A stretch of 63,270 bases of DNA, filler included, from Basidiobolus meristosporus CBS 931.73 (taxonomy: Eukaryota; Fungi; Basidiobolomycota), in the NCBI GenBank assembly GCA_002104905.1. It is 3 parts of 3 records of this genome, joined end to end, with 100 filler letters (N's around TTAATTAATTAA, not from the genome) between each part and the next. Parts side by side here need not be neighbours in the genome. Positions count along the whole stretch, not along the records: positions 1 to 18,121 come from MCFE01001070.1; positions 18,222 to 35,609 come from MCFE01001089.1; 1 more part is not named here. One strand, 5' to 3'. The notes under the pieces are model-generated. The model ran no database searches. It was not told where the DNA came from and saw only the letters and a list, made by a program, of their open reading frames with translations. A program made the position numbers and the translations under genes. Numbering within the stretch: the stretch's first letter is position 1; every line of letters starts with the position of its first letter. Shown here piece after piece: positions 13,700-26,399 of this stretch.

Positions 13700-16017
13700 T
13701 GCTGTAAGAGTCTTGGAGATTTTGGAAGTGATTGGGAGAACAAGTACATTAGGTGGTTTTTACTTAATGATTTATTGAATGTAAAAGTGGTATTTATACT
13801 TTTGCATGGTTTTGGCTTAAAAAGCATGTAGAATAGGCTCAAGAAGGTCCCAAGAGCATGTGTGCAAAGTTTGGGGCTGTTTCTAAGTAAATCCATCAAG
13901 GAATATGGTCAGTATACTCTAGGATTTGAAGGTAATGATATATATGACTAAGTTGGGCAAGTATTCAGGTGGAATCACAAATTATTACAACACACCCACT
14001 CAACTAAATGTTCATACTGACTAATTCTAATTTTGACCTAAGATATTCAAACTTGTCTCTAGCTATTGGTTTGGTAAATGTGTCTACAATCATTTCATCT
14101 GTGGGGCAGTAAGCTAAGTTAACTAAGTAATTCTCTTTAGCTTCACATATGAACTGATGTCTAATATCTATGTGCTTAGTTCTAGCATGAAAAGTTGGAT
14201 TTCTACCTGTTTGTAAACATCCTTGATTATCTTGAAATAAGGTAATAGGTATTTTTTGACATCAGCCTAAATGCTTAAAAAGCTTCCTTAACCAAATTAC
14301 TTCTTTTGTAGCCTCACAGGCTACCATAAACTCTGCCTCTGTGGTAGAAAGTATTACAATTGGTTGCTCTCTTGAATTCCATGAAATTGCACCTTTACAG
14401 TAAGGAATGGTGCATCCTATGGTTGATCTTCTGTCTTCTTTATTTTGTCCCCAATCAGCATCAGAGTAACCCACAAGATCCTGTTCTGAAAAATTATAAG
14501 TATATCTTAAGCATATATTGGTAGTTCCTTTTAGTTATCTAAAAATATGCTTAACTGCTGCACTACAATCAAATGCATAGTTCTGATTATGCTGGCTGAC
14601 AACTCCCACAAAATATCAGATATCTGGATATGTTCAAAGCATGATATACATCAGACTGCCACCCATAAATTGCTAAGAAGACTCAGGACTTTCAGATGGC
14701 ACCAAGCTCTTGCAATTTGGTAGTGTCTGACCAAGTTAAGGTTTGTCTACATTGGGGTAGCTGCCAGTTTACAGTTTTCCATTTGGTACTCTTTAGTATA
14801 TGTTGAGTACACTTCAATTAGCTTAGGGTGATAGTGTGGGTACTTCTGCCTATGGGGAACTTAATCCCCAGGTAGTAACTGAGTTCTCCTAGACCAGCTA
14901 TCTTGAAATCTTTAGCTATGCTGGACTTAGTTTCTTCCAATGTTGCTAGGTTATTGATAGCTATTATAAGATTATCTACATATAGAGCTAATAAAAGTGG
15001 ATTTGATCTATCTGGCTTGTAGTAAATATGCTAGTCAGCATTACTCCTTTTGAAACTCAAAGATTCCAAGTAAGAATCTATTTTGCAATTCCAGGCTCTT
15101 GGTGATTATTTGAATCCATATAGAGAATTTTTAAGCTTGCAGACCAAATGGGGTTGTCTTGTTCAACAAACCCATTAGGCTGGTTCATATACATGTCCTC
15201 ATCAAGTTCTTCAATCAAAAATGCAGCTTTACACCCATTTGATGAATAAAAAACTTATATTTGGCTGCAATAGCTAATGCTAAACTGGTGGAATTAAATG
15301 TATCTACTAATGCATAGGTCTCAGTATAGTCAAGTCCTTTTGTTTGAATGTATCCTTTGGCCACAAGTTGTGCTTTGTATCTTTCAGTTGTACCATCAGC
15401 CTTGTATTTTGTCTTAAAGACCCATTTGCATCCAATTGATTTTTGGTTGATTGGTAATTTGACTAAGTCCCAAGTTTCATTTTCCATTAAGATATCATAT
15501 TCTTCAGTCATTGCAGATCTCCAAAACCTTGTCTGAGGGCTATTTAGGGCCTCTTTTACAGTCTGGGCTCATCAATATAAGCTAAGTTTGTGCCCTAATT
15601 GATATTGTAATTTGGGCTGTTTCTTGTATGGTTGGATCTCTAAGCATTTGAGACTGGAACAATCACTTCTGGGATATTCCTGTGCACTGATTCAGGCTGA
15701 ACTATGGTTGTAGAGTCCTATGTAGTGAAAGAGCTCTCATTGCTTTGCACTGATTCAATCCTGACAATTGGTGGACTCAAGATTATATTTTGTCATCCTC
15801 TGATGTCATTTTTTGTGAAAATTTTGAACTTGCATCATACAGCACATCCATAGAGTTGATCTGCTTCTTTGCTTTGGTACTGAGGAGTCTGTATGCCTTA
15901 CTCTCACTGAAGTAGCCCAAGAATATGCATCTTACACTTTTTGGCTCATATTTGACTGATTTCTGGGCAGTTTCTTGGCATATGCTGTACACCCAAGTAT
16001 TCTTAAATGTTCTGCAC
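13700..16017 (-). mobile_element. Ty1/copia retrotransposon family B, copy B1: 3' half (integrase C-term, RT, RNase H, PPT, 3' LTR 13700-13992), decayed
   Basis: RT motif NETWDLVKLP..KSIGCKWVFKTK..RYKAQLVAKGY, RNase H motif GYSDADWG..DRRST..STTEAEF, and a purine-rich PPT at 13993-14005 next to a TG..CA LTR. Many stops and frameshifts. Confidence 0.9.
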
Positions 16018-17904
16018 TATTTTAAAATTTGTAGTTACACCTAAACATTCCTCTAACTTTGTCACTTTGATCATTACCTTTAAATCCTAGAAAATACTGA
16101 CTAAATTCCTTGCCAAGATTTACTTGGAATATTACTACCAAAACGCCTGGTACCCAGAGCATGAAAATTCTCAAAGCTGTCTAAACCATCCAAGCTTTGC
16201 ATACATGTTCTTGTGACTTTCCTTAGACTATTCTACATGCTTGCAATGCCAAGACAATGTAAAGGTATAAGTATCACTTTTACATTCAATAAAGCATTAA
16301 GTGAAAACCACTTAATCTACTTGTTCTCCCAATCACTTCCAATATCTCCAAGGCTCTCACAACAGGTTATGAGCCCAGGGCTGTCACTCTCTGCAATGTC
16401 TACTACTACTATTACTAGAATTCTTCCCGCTGCTGAAAAGTTGGATGGATCTAATTACCAAGTGTGGAAGGTGAAGATGAAGATGCTGCTACAAGAAAGT
16501 GGCCTTTGGGATATTGTCACAGGAGAAGAATATGCTCCTAAAATGTGGGAGAGAAAGCCTTGAAGTACCAGAAGAAAGAGCAAAGTGCCTTTAACTGCAT
16601 TTGCCTTAATGTCAAAGCCAAATTGCTTATTCAATGCTCAAGAGCAAAAACAGGAAAGAATGCCTGGAAGGCATGAGAAGACACCTACCAGTCATATTCA
16701 GCAGCTAAAAAAATGTATCTTAGACAAAAATTTTTTACCATCAAGATGCTTCCTGGAGCAGAAATGACAAATCTAATTAACAGAAATACCTTGCTGGTGG
16801 ACAAGATGGAATCTGTAGGCATACTACCTACTGATGAGAATGTGTTAGTAATCATCCTGAATAGCCTGACAGATGAGCTTTAGGGCCTTCTATCAGCCTC
16901 AGAGTCCAGCATTGAATAATTGACCCTAAATAATGTATATGGAAGGTTCCTGGATGAAGAATTAAGAAAATCAAGCACCAATAAGAAGGAAGAAGAAAAT
17001 TCTTTAATAAATAATAATAACCAATGTAGGAGACACCAAAGACCTTTCAAAGGCAATAGCAACATGTTTTTAACTATTGTAAAAGGAAAAGACACACATC
17101 AGACTTGTGCTTGAAAAAGAGAAATAGTCAGCAGAAAAAGCCTGAATATGGCAATGCTGCAACACCTGAAGATGGACTATGCAAATCAGCACTAAATATG
17201 ACCACAAACAAGGATTCTCAAATGTGGTACATTGACTCTGGAGTATCTCAACACTTTAGACACCAAAAAGAACTTTTTACCCAATATCAAGAAATTCCAA
17301 GTAAGAAGATTTTCATTGGTGACAATAGAATACTTGATGCAGGGGGAGAAGGAGCTAGCCAAGTAAATCTTAAAAGCAGTGAAGGAAGCCATACACTGAC
17401 CTTTAAAGAAGTACTTTATGTGCCAGAAATAGCTAAGAACCTACTATCTGTAAGCAAGGCCACATCAGAAGGACTCAGTTTCAGCTGTGACAATTCTGGG
17501 TGCAGAATCACTGATCAAAATGGTGCTCATATTGCTTTTGGTATCAGAGATCAGAATCTGTATATGTTGACCTATATTCCAGCATATATGGAAGCCAATA
17601 TAAGTAACTCAAATGAAGAAACACCAATGCTTTGGCACAGGAGATTTGGACACAACAAATTTTGATTATTTATGCAAAGTGCTCAAAGATCAGCTAATTT
17701 CAGAATTAGAAAGTGATCCCCAGATAATTTGAGCCCTGTGAAGCCTGCATATAAGGGAAACAAGCCAAACAACTGTTCACAAGCTCTGGGTTGATCAAAA
17801 CTAAGAAAGAATTAAATTTAATTCACTTAGATCTGTGTGGACCTATCAGAACTTAGCCTTAGGTGGAGTGAAGTATCTAATCACTTTTATTAATGATGGT
17901 ACAC
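16018..17904 (+). mobile_element. Ty1/copia family B, copy B2: 5' LTR (16018-16364), PBS, gag, protease, GAG-pre-integrase and integrase start; truncated by telomere repeats
   Basis: LTR ends CACAACA followed by PBS GGTTATGAGCCC. gag ATG at 16396 (MSTTT..EKLDGSNYQVWKVKMKMLL), protease WYIDSGVSQH, LWHRRFGH, integrase HLDLCGP..GGVKYLITFIND. Confidence 0.9.
16365..16376 (+). promoter_or_regulatory. Primer-binding site of Ty5/Drosophila-copia type (internal half of initiator tRNA-Met)
   Basis: GGTTATGAGCCC immediately 3' of the LTR. The same 12-mer follows the family-A LTR (reverse strand 25625-25636), with variants near 26132, 31438 and 33942. Confidence 0.8.
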
Positions 17905-18121
17905 TTAGGGTTAGGGTTAGGGTTAGGGTTAGGGTTAGGGTTAGGGTTAGGGTTAGGGTTAGGGTTAGGTTAGGGTTAGGGTTAGGGTTAGGGTTAGGGT
18001 TAGGGTTAGGGTTAGGGTTAGGGTTAGGGTTAGGGTTAGGGTTAGGGTTAGGGTTAGGGTTAGGGTTAGGGTTAGGGTTAGGGTTAGGGTTAGGGTTAGG
18101 GTTAGGGTTAGGGTTAGGGTT
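17905..18121 (+). repeat. Telomeric repeat array (TTAGGG)n, about 36 units, one TTAGG variant
   Basis: Near-perfect 217-bp hexamer array. The G-rich strand runs 5'-3' toward the contig end and gap. Confidence 0.97.
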
Positions 18122-18221
18122 NNNNNNNNNNNNNNNNNNNNNNNNNNNNNNNNNNNNNNNNNNNNTTAATTAATTAANNNNNNNNNNNNNNNNNNNNNNN
18201 NNNNNNNNNNNNNNNNNNNNN
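18122..18221. other. Assembly gap (100 bp of N with TTAATTAATTAA spacer)
   Basis: N run with palindromic six-frame-stop spacer at 18166-18177. Confidence 0.97.
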
Positions 18222-18535
18222 TGTTCTCTCTATGGGAAGTTGATGTTCTTAGTGTTGTTGTTTAGGTAATAATAACATGTGAGAGTTATGGAGTAAATTC
18301 TGTGGGTCTCACACATTTGACAGCAATACCATCCATTGTGCCCAAAAAAGCTGGCTATCTTGTTGATGGCTGGGGCATCTCCAATGCAGATAGTAATTTG
18401 TGCTTTGACATGAGAGCCATTGTGTATAATACCACTAGAAAGTATATAAAACTTATTCAGCAATGGATACAGGTAGCTATCCAGGCTGGATGGACATTTA
18501 GGCAAAGATGCCAGTAAGACTACCATCAGATATTA

Positions 18536-19890
18536 GACTTGTTCTGCTGGATAGTGCCATATTGAGCCATGAGTGCCTAATGATAGTTGAAATATTTGAC
18601 TATTTGGTATCATTCAGCAGCTAAAAATTTGCTTAACAGTTCTGGACTAGTCTTGGTCACTGTGGGACCAACTTACAGCTCTAGCCTTGCTACTTTCTTC
18701 AGATCTATGATCTTATGATTATTCCCCTATTGTCAGGATCAAATTAGCACTATTACTAAACATTATGTACTAACCCTGAAACTGTTACAGAATGCTCCTG
18801 ACTATTGAGAAACCCTCATTACTTAGTGTTCCAGCTGTACTACATCTATAAAGGTATAAATACTGAGCTTCTTTATTAATAAACAGCAGTTCAACTATTA
18901 TCACTATTTCTTGATAAGTTCCTTGTATCCAGATCACTTCTTAAGTTGAAACAAATAACATATACATCGTGCAAACATATGCATGGTTGTTGGTATCACT
19001 GCCATGAATACTTCCTGAATATCTGCAAAGAGTTTCTTGGTATTTAGCCAATATATTCCTTCTCACTGCTGGATTCTAGTCCCCCTGATAGGTGCTCTCT
19101 GGCTCTTGTTTATGTGAATTACAATAAGAATGCCATAGTGTGCCATGGAGACCAAGTAAGCCTATACTTGGCCACAAAGATTAATATTTAAATATAGTGC
19201 CTGATGGTACCAGTGGACCAAGATAGTGCCGTGCATTTATGTGACATGAAACAACCTACAGGAGCTAGATTCAGTGTTCCATGGATGTCAAGTACTGCTG
19301 AATTATTAGAGAAATATATTGGAAGTGAATTGGAGAATTAGAAGATTTACATGATATTCACTTGTTGTTTTATTGAGTTACAACACAGTATTTATACTAA
19401 TTGCAGAACTATATAAAATATAACTATTTGGTAACTGTTATGGGAGTCTCAGGAATACATGTGTCAAGTTTCAGCTCATTTGGACAAGTTTCAAATTTGC
19501 CTAAAATTCTGTACTTCCCTGATTCCTAAAAATTAGCATATATCTTACAAACATTTCTAAAGTTAATAATCTGAGATGCATCACTTAACTTGTGCTAGTT
19601 CATAATACATTATCAATTAGGTGGATTCCTAATTATTTCAACAAGTATCAGGTGCATATCTTCAGCCCTTCTGTGCTCTTACACATCCTACCCAACATTG
19701 ATCCAAAAAAAATTGTTAAAAATGGATTTTCTCCAGTACAATGGGTGAAACACAGGGGCTGCTTTGCATGAAGATGCAAAGCTATGTTTCACACTCTGTA
19801 GCCAAGTATAGGCTCACTTGGCCTCTCTGGCACACTATGGCATCATTTGGCACTCATGGCTCAATGTGGCCCTATCCAACAGAACAAGTT
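18536..19890. mobile_element. Non-autonomous TIR element (about 97-bp TIRs, TATTA flanking direct repeat), left TIR itself interrupted
   Basis: Right TIR 19794-19890 is the reverse complement of 18536-18584 joined to 19132-19179. TATTA occurs at 18531-18535 and 19891-19895. No coding capacity inside. Confidence 0.8.
18585..18953 (+). repeat. Solo family-A copia LTR (369 bp)
   Basis: Full-length match to the reverse complement of the 25637-26005 LTR; no PBS or PPT adjacent. Confidence 0.85.
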
Positions 19891-21085
19891 TATTAGCTCT
19901 GATACTGTAAGCTGGGTGGCAGATTCAGGTTGAGGAGAATCAGTGGCCAGTAGGATTTGCTGGAAGGGTACATGTTCAATAAGTATCCATGAAGTGCCAA
20001 GGCATATTCATGGTAATACATACCTTCAAAGTAGCCCTTGCTTCTTGCTGTTTGTTATTTTTGCCATCAAATTTATCAGATATATTTGCACTTGATTGAT
20101 ACTGAGTGCAGTGCTTTATAGCTTTGTGGTATTTGTTGGACTGCATGAGCTTCTTTAAACAGGGTAACACTGGAATATATCCAGAGTGTGAATGATGTTT
20201 TCCCTCAATGGAGGTGGATTCCTGACAATTTGGACACATTGCAATAGTGGCATTTTTGGATATGAATGCTATACAACTGTAACCACAAGCTGGAATCAGG
20301 ACAGTGTCTGGGTCATATGTTGCCAGCCACATGACATTTATCTACTTGTAGCATGTACATGGTAAGTTGCATCCCAGGATGATCTTGGCAAGAAGTAGTG
20401 GTAAATCCTCAAAGCCCCCATTACTGATATTAGTAGAAATGTGCCACTTCTCAAGCCACAACATCACATCATTTACCAGTAGATGGATTACTGGACTCAC
20501 TTGATTCCACAAATAATCCTTGACATTCTTTTGAGTGGGTGCTGCTGCATTGCCTATTAGGGTTTGACTGAGCTCATGGCTGGTATTGTTGTTAGGGGTG
20601 ATAGGCTCACAATCCATCAATGAGCCTTCTTTGTCAGAGCTATCACTCTGTGTGCCATATTCAAAAGACTGAAGTGTGCCTAAAGGTGTTACAAACTCAC
20701 CTGACTCAGTTTGCGCAAGGTTACAAAGATGGCCAGATGCCAATATGGAGGTATCAACTGGCCAGCAGCAGAAGAGCAGTTGGACAACAACTTGCTTTGA
20801 CATTTAGTGTAACAAGTGAGTCTACATCCAACCAAGGCCATGTTGACATTGTGCCCACTGAAAGTAATAATGCAGACTCCTCAGGCCCTCAGTCAAATAG
20901 GCAAATAGAACCTCTGCAGAGCCTCAGGCAGACTGTTATGCACAGGCAAATGAGAGTGTAGCAAACACAGTACCCTCTGTTGAAGATCAGCAAGTGGTCA
21001 TGATAACATTGCCACCACCCATATCAGCAAGTATGTTGTAAGCTCATACCAAAGCATAAATGAAGCAATTAGGTGCAGTGGTTGA

Positions 21086-24000
21086 TGTTGAAATATTCAA
21101 CTATTTGTTATCATTCAGCAGCCACAAATTTACTTAACAATTCTGGACTAGTCTTGGTTACTGTGTACAGCTCTAACTTTGCCACTTTCTGCAGATCTAT
21201 GATCTTATAATTATTCCCTTATAGTCAGGACAAGACCAGCACTATTACCAAACATTAAGTACTAACCCTGAAACTGTTACAGAATGCTCCTGAATACTGA
21301 GAAACCCTCCTTACTTAGTGCTTGTTGCAATTTAAGAAGTGATTTGGATATAAGGAACTAATCAAGAAATAGTGATGATAGATGAACTGTTGTTTATTCA
21401 TAAAGAAGCTCAGTATTTATACCTTTGTAGAAGTAATACAGCTGCAACACTAAGTAGGGAGGGTTTCTCAATATTCAGGAGCATTCTGTAACAGTTTCAG
21501 GGTTAGTACATAATGTTTGGTAATAGTGCTAATTTGATCCTGACTATAGTGGAATAATCATAAGATCATATATCTGGAGAAAGTGGCAAAGTTAAGGCAG
21601 TAAATGAGTCCTACAGTGACTAAGACTAGCCTAGAATTGTTAAGTAAATTTTTAGCTGCTGAATGATACCAAATAGTCCAATATCTCAACACTCCCCCTG
21701 AACTAAATAATTTCTTAATCCCAATTTCTCTCTAAGGATCTCAAACTGTGGCCTAGCTAGTGGTTTTGTCAATATGTCTGCCACCATTTTGTCAGTTGGG
21801 CAGTAAACCAGCTCTACTAAGTTATTTTCTACAGCTTCCCTCACAAAGTGATGCTGTATATCAATGTGCTTATTTCTGGCATGATTAGTAGGATTTCTAG
21901 CTAATGAAATACAACTTTGATTAACCTTGTAAATATATGTTGGTTCACCTGAATTAAAACCTAAGTCTTTGAATAATTTTTGTAGCCATATAGCCTCCTT
22001 AGTTGCTTGACATGCAGCCATATATTTGGCTTCAGTTGTAGATAGTGCCACAGTTGGTTGTTTCTTGCAATTCCAAGTAATAGCTGCACCAGCATAAAGA
22101 AATACATAGCCTGTGGTAGAGCGTCTGTCAATCAAATCCCTACCCCAATCTGAATCACTATAATCATCAAATTTTTGCCTATTAGCTGCTCCAGAGTATT
22201 CCAGTACCATATTTATGGTACCTTGTAGATATCTGAAAATCCGCTTAACTGCTGCAATTTGATCTGATCCATAATTCTGCATGAATTGACTGACTATTCC
22301 AAATGCTACTGCAATATCTGGACGTGTAGACACCATCAAGTACATTAGGCTACCAACCATTGATTGATAGGGAAAGTTTTGGTCCATATTTGAGCCGTTT
22401 TCATCTATAACTGGCTGAGATTTGCTTAATTTCAGGTTATTGTCCATAGGGGTTGCTGCAGGTTTGCAATTTTCATTTTGAAGCGTCTAAGAATGTCCCT
22501 GATGTACTTAGACTGATTCAGCACAATTTTCTGCATAGGTATGTCAAATTTGACCTCAATTCTAAGAAAATAGCTCAATTTTCCAAGATCTTTTATCTCA
22601 AACTTGCTGATGAGATCTGATTTTGTCTGTTTAAGTGCCTCTTGATCACTTGTAGCTATAATTAGGTCGTCCACATAAAGAACTAGGATGATCACACCCT
22701 TTTTGAGCTGTTTCACATATATACTGTGATCTGCAGTGCTACAAGAGAACCCAATTTCCTCTAGATATGTGTCAATCTTGTTATACCATGCTCTGGGTGC
22801 CTGCTTAAGCCCATACAATGATTTTCTAAGTTTGCACACCTTATGGGGGCTTTTTGGATTGGTAAAACCTTCTGGTTGCTCCATATATATAGTTTCTTGC
22901 AAATCCCCATTTAGAAAGGCTGTTTTGACATCCATTTGGTGTAGATCTAGACTGTGTACAACTGCCAGGGCTAGAACTGTCCTAATAGAGTTAAACTTGG
23001 CAACCGGAGCAAATGTTTCCTTAAAGTCTAGTCCCTGGATCTGGGAAAAGCCTTTAGCTACTAATCTAGCCTTGTACTTATCAACGGCAACATTTGAGGT
23101 TATCTTGATCTTGTAGACCCATCTACATCCTATTGGCTTTCTCCCATTTGGTAAATCTACCAGTTCCCACGTTTTTGCCTTGATCAGTGATTGGTACTCC
23201 TCCTGCATGGCTTGTTGCCACTTAGTAGCATCTGGACCTTGCATTGCCTGTTCCAGATTCTGAGGTTCGGCACATAAGGCAAGATAAGCTTCTTCATGAT
23301 CATTGAATGTCAGCCACCAAGATCCAGGGGCATTTCTTATTCTGGTAGATCTCTTAACTGGGATAATCTGTTCTGATCTGGAACTGGTAGAAGTATCTTC
23401 CATCTCTGGCTAGATTTGGTACGTATCTTCTTCATTTGTGTTGATTGCATCATCAGGCAGCTGTCCAATGATTTCTGTGGCTTTCTGATCTGAATTCTTC
23501 TCAAATACAACGTCCCTGCTCTTGATCAGCTTCTGAATTTTGCCATCATACACTCTATACCCTTTAGTATCTTCACAATACCCAAGAAAGATCCCTTTTC
23601 TACTCTTTGGTTCCAACCTTGAGCGTTTTTTGTCAGGGATGTGATAAAAAACATCACTGCCAAAGATCCTGAGGTGCTGGAGATCTGGTTTTTGCCTGTA
23701 TATGCTTCAAAGGGTGTAGAATCACGTAGTGCTGTTGTTGGGCATCTGTTCTTGATGTATACAGCGGTAGCAACAGATTCAGCCCAAAACTTGTAGTCCG
23801 CTCCCTTATCATGTAGCATAGAGCTTCCCAGCTCTACTATTGTTCTATTTGCACATTGTGCTACTCCATTTTGCTGTGGTTTATGAGGAGCAGTGGTCTG
23901 TTGAAGTATACCAGTAGACAAGCAGTATTTTGCAAACTCCTTTGAGCAGTATTCTCCTCCATTGTCACTTTGTAGTACCTTCAATTTACACCCAGTTTGT

Positions 24001-26399
24001 GTTTCTGCCATGTTCTTGAAGTGCTTGAATGTATCTAAAGCTTCATCCTTTGTTTTGAGGAAGTACACCCATGTATATCTTGTCTTGTCATCAATAAACG
24101 TCATAAAGTATCTCTTGACTCCAAAGGACAGTGTTCTCATGGGGCCACATATGTCTGAGTGTACAATAGCCCATATTTTGGTGGTATTGATGCCTTCTGA
24201 GCTCTTGAAATGTTGCCTAGCTTGTTTGCCATATGAACATCCCTTACAAACATTCAATTTGATCGGAATTGAGTATTTTAGGCCCAAAACAAGCTGATTT
24301 TTCACCAATTGGCCATTTTCTGTTCCCCTATGTGTCCTAGCCTCCTATGCCATGACTCCCAGTTGGTTTCATCAGTTTCAGTAATGTTGACATACTTGGG
24401 TACAATGATCTTGCATTGCAACTTGTATATATTGTGATCTCTGATTCCCAAAGCTGATTTTTGTCCATTTTCACTCAATATTGAGCAGCTCAGCTTAGTA
24501 AAAACAAACTTCAGTCCCTGAGTAGTTGCTTTACTGACTGAGAGTAGGTTCTTAGCTATTCCAGGTACATAGAGTACGTCAGTCAGTTTTGCTGTTGTTG
24601 CCCTTGAGTTATCACTCATATTTAGTTGTATAGACCCACTGGCAGTAGCTTCCAATGCAGAGTTATCTCCCAGATAAACCTTTCTTACGGGAATAGTCTT
24701 TAAGTTGCTTAACCAATCCTTTATACCACAAATATGCTGTGATGCTCCAGAGTCAATATACCATTCATTACTTTGGTTACTTGCACTCTCTTGTACAGTG
24801 ACAAATAGCTGTTCATCAGTAGTTATATGGTTTGCCTGCTCTAGTTTCCGTTTTTTGTCTGCTTGTTTCTTCTTGCATTCTCTTGCCCAGTGTCCTGGCT
24901 TCTTACAGTAGTTACAGCAGCCAGGTTTTCTTCGGTTTTGTTGCTTTCCCTTCTTTTCTGTATGCCTTTCTGAGCTGAATGAAGCATTATCTTCAATTTT
25001 CTCTGCTTGATCATTACATCTGAGTTCTTCATGGAGAAGTCTTCCTTTGACATAGTCTAAAGTCAAGTTGTCTTCTCTGCTTTCAAAAGAAAGTATGAGT
25101 GGCTCATACTTGTCTGGTAGGCTGCAAAGCAGACAGAGTATCTTTTCTTCATCATCTACACCAGTATTAATACTCTAAAGCTCTTCTGCAAGTGTCTCCA
25201 TTCTGGTAATGAGTTGTAGCATGTCATCATCTGGCTTTTTTCTCATGTTGAAGAACTTTCGTTTCAAATAAAGCTTGCTTGATACTGACTTTGCTCTAAA
25301 GATCTTCTCTAAGGATTCCCATGCTGCTTTGGCAGTATTTGAAGCATGGATTTGTCCAATGAAGGAGTCTTGCACATTGATGCATATTGCATTGAAGGCC
25401 TTTCTCTCCTTCTCTTGAAACTCCTCCTCATCTTCTGCTGTTCCTTTGGGCGCAACTTCCTTTCCTGTTACTATGTTCCAAAGCTTTCTTTCCTCAAGGT
25501 GGATCTGCATCTTGATTCTCCAAAGTCTGTAGTTCTTCCCATCAAACCTCTCCTTTACAGGGAAGATGTTGGTATTGCTTTGTTTGCTGGTAGAAGTCAT
25601 CTTTAGAATAGATTAAGGCAATTGGGGCTCATAACCTGTTGCAATTTAAGAAGTGATTTGGATCTAAGGAACCTATCAAGAAATGGTGATAATAGTTGAA
25701 CTGTTGTTTATTCATAAAGAAGCTCAGTATTTATACCTTTGTAGAAGTAATACAGCTGCAACACTAAGTAGGGAGGGTTTCTCAATATTCAGGAGCATTC
25801 TGTAACAGTTTCAGGGTTAGTACATAATGTTTGGTAATAGTGCTAATTTGATCCTGACTATAGGGGAATAATCATAAGATCACATATCTGGAGAAAGTGG
25901 CAAAGTTAAGGCAGTAAATGAGTCCTACAGTGACTAAGACTAGTCTAGAATTGTTAAGTAGATTTTTAGCTGCTGAATGATACCAAATAGTCCAATATTT
26001 CAACAGTGCTGCAGCTGTATTACTTCTACAAAGGTATAATTACTGAGCTTCTTTATTAATAAACAACAGTTCAACTATTTTCACTACATCTTGATAGATT
26101 CCTTATATCCAAGTCACTTCTTAAACTATAACAGGCTATGAGTCCTGATTGCCTTTATATACTCTAAAGATGACTTCTATTAGCAAACTAAACAGCACAA
26201 ACATCTTCCCTGTAAAGGAGAGGTTTGATGGGAAGAACTACTGACTCTAAACAATCAAGATGCCGATGCACCTTGAGGAAAGGAAGCTTTGGAATATAGT
26301 AACAGGAAAAGAAGTTGAGCCCAAAGGAACAGCAGAAGAAGCAACGTTTCATGAGAAGAAGAGAAAGGCCTTTAATGCCATATGCATTAATGTGCAAGA
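21086..26399 (+). mobile_element. Ty1/copia family A, host copy A0: 5' LTR split (21086-21322 and 26006-26131), PBS variant, gag 5' fragment (26169-26399)
   Basis: The LTR halves join seamlessly once A1 is removed. ggctatgagtcc PBS follows, then ATGACTTCTATTAGC.. gag homologous to 25600 (reverse). Confidence 0.85.
21323..26005 (-). mobile_element. Ty1/copia family A, copy A1: structurally complete (4683 bp, two 369-bp LTRs, GTGCT TSD), ORF broken by several stops and frameshifts
   Basis: LTRs at 21323-21691 and 25637-26005 differ at roughly a dozen positions by eye. PBS 25625-25636, PPT 21692-21704. gag (CNYCKKPGHWAREC), protease (WYIDSGASQH), integrase (HSDICGP, SDNGGEY, QNGVA), RT (YVDD), RNase H (SDSDWG, KHIDIQHHF). 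Confidence 0.96.

Larger units (their letters stand above)
18222..20810 (-). mobile_element. CACTA/EnSpm (CMC)-type DNA transposon transposase remnant
   Basis: Translated fragments LWLEKWHIS..FEDL, C..AF..CPNC, YWPLILLNLNLPP..LASLPKCPSSLDSYLYPLL..IGDAPAINKIASFFGH..CCQMC follow the EnSpm/Tnp2 transposase pattern. Interrupted by a TIR element. Confidence 0.75.

Noticed and set aside
17835-18173. ORF encoding RVRVRV/LGLGLG dipeptide runs
   Set aside because: It is the translation of the TTAGGG array running into the N gap, not a gene.
18166-18177. TTAATTAATTAA palindrome (also 35654-35665)
   Set aside because: It sits in the middle of identical 100-bp N gaps; an assembly spacer giving stops in all six frames.
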